Assembly (NCBI GenBank): GCA_963756045.1
Contig: CAVWML010000013.1
Location: forward strand, 335-64,334
From: an uncultured Actinomycetota bacterium
Lineage (GTDB): Bacteria; Actinomycetota; Actinomycetes; Propionibacteriales; Nocardioidaceae
Direction: 5' to 3'
Length of the DNA: 64,000 bases
Position 1 is the stretch's first letter. Every line of letters starts with the position of its first letter. The notes beneath the pieces are model-generated. The model was not told where the DNA came from. It was given only the letters and a program-made list of their open reading frames with translations, and did no database searches. The position numbers were made by a program, and so were the translations under genes. Below are positions 63,804 through 64,000 of the stretch, piece by piece.

Positions 63804-64000
63804 CGCACCTGGGGAGTGAGGCCTCGGCCCAGCGGAGCAGCAGAGACCGGGCCGGCGAAGCGGGTGCGACCCGCCTTCGGAGCCCGGTGGGCCAGCGCCT
63901 CGCGGAGCTGGGCGCGGCCACGGTGGATGCGGGAGCGGACGGTGCCGAGCTTGAGCCCCAGCACGTCGGCGATCTCCTCGTAGGTGAGTCCCTCGACGTC
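63800..64000 (-). CDS. sigE: ECF sigma factor SigE, C-terminal part
   Basis: [39 protein letters not shown] region-4 motif. Confidence 0.88.
   Translation of the reverse strand, partial: DVEGLTYEEIADVLGLKLGTVRSRIHRGRAQLREALAHRAPKAGRTRFAGPVSAAPLGRGLTPQVR

Overview
High-GC actinobacterial chromosome segment, most consistent with Nocardioidaceae (Nocardioides/Marmoricola-like; inferred from gene content and synteny). It covers the conserved core block equivalent to M. tuberculosis Rv3193-Rv3214 (tRNA-fMet, UPF0182, PDZ/Lon, ABC1 kinase, whiB7/wblC, uvrD2, mycoredoxin, nudC, adnAB, ATL, moeZ, TetR, DUF3107, DEAD-box helicase, ParA, phosphatase), followed by the mgtE-N/DUF1003/mrp/tatB/htrA/rseA/sigE block. 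Roughly half of all genes, including conserved core ones, carry 1-bp frameshifts. This points to uncorrected long-read indel errors rather than pseudogenes, so split genes are reported as single CDS with approximate ends. Accessory highlights: (1) a translationally coupled kaiC-kaiB-PAS(pseudo-kinase)-receiver operon with no kaiA, inserted directly behind a phased DnaA-box array and a promoter-driven ~80-nt hairpin sRNA candidate; (2) two inverted paralogous LicD-nucleotidyltransferase/SAM-methyltransferase + small coiled-coil gene pairs, one in an operon with a LicC-like cytidylyltransferase and a sulfotransferase-like gene; (3) a small orphan protein with an Hfq/LSm-like sequence pattern; (4) a K+-channel-like protein with a non-canonical filter (TTVMGSGD); (5) a structured intergenic RNA candidate upstream of the ATL gene; (6) two families of short palindromic repeats showing compensatory base changes. 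All calls come from reading the sequence by eye; no database searches or folding programs were run.
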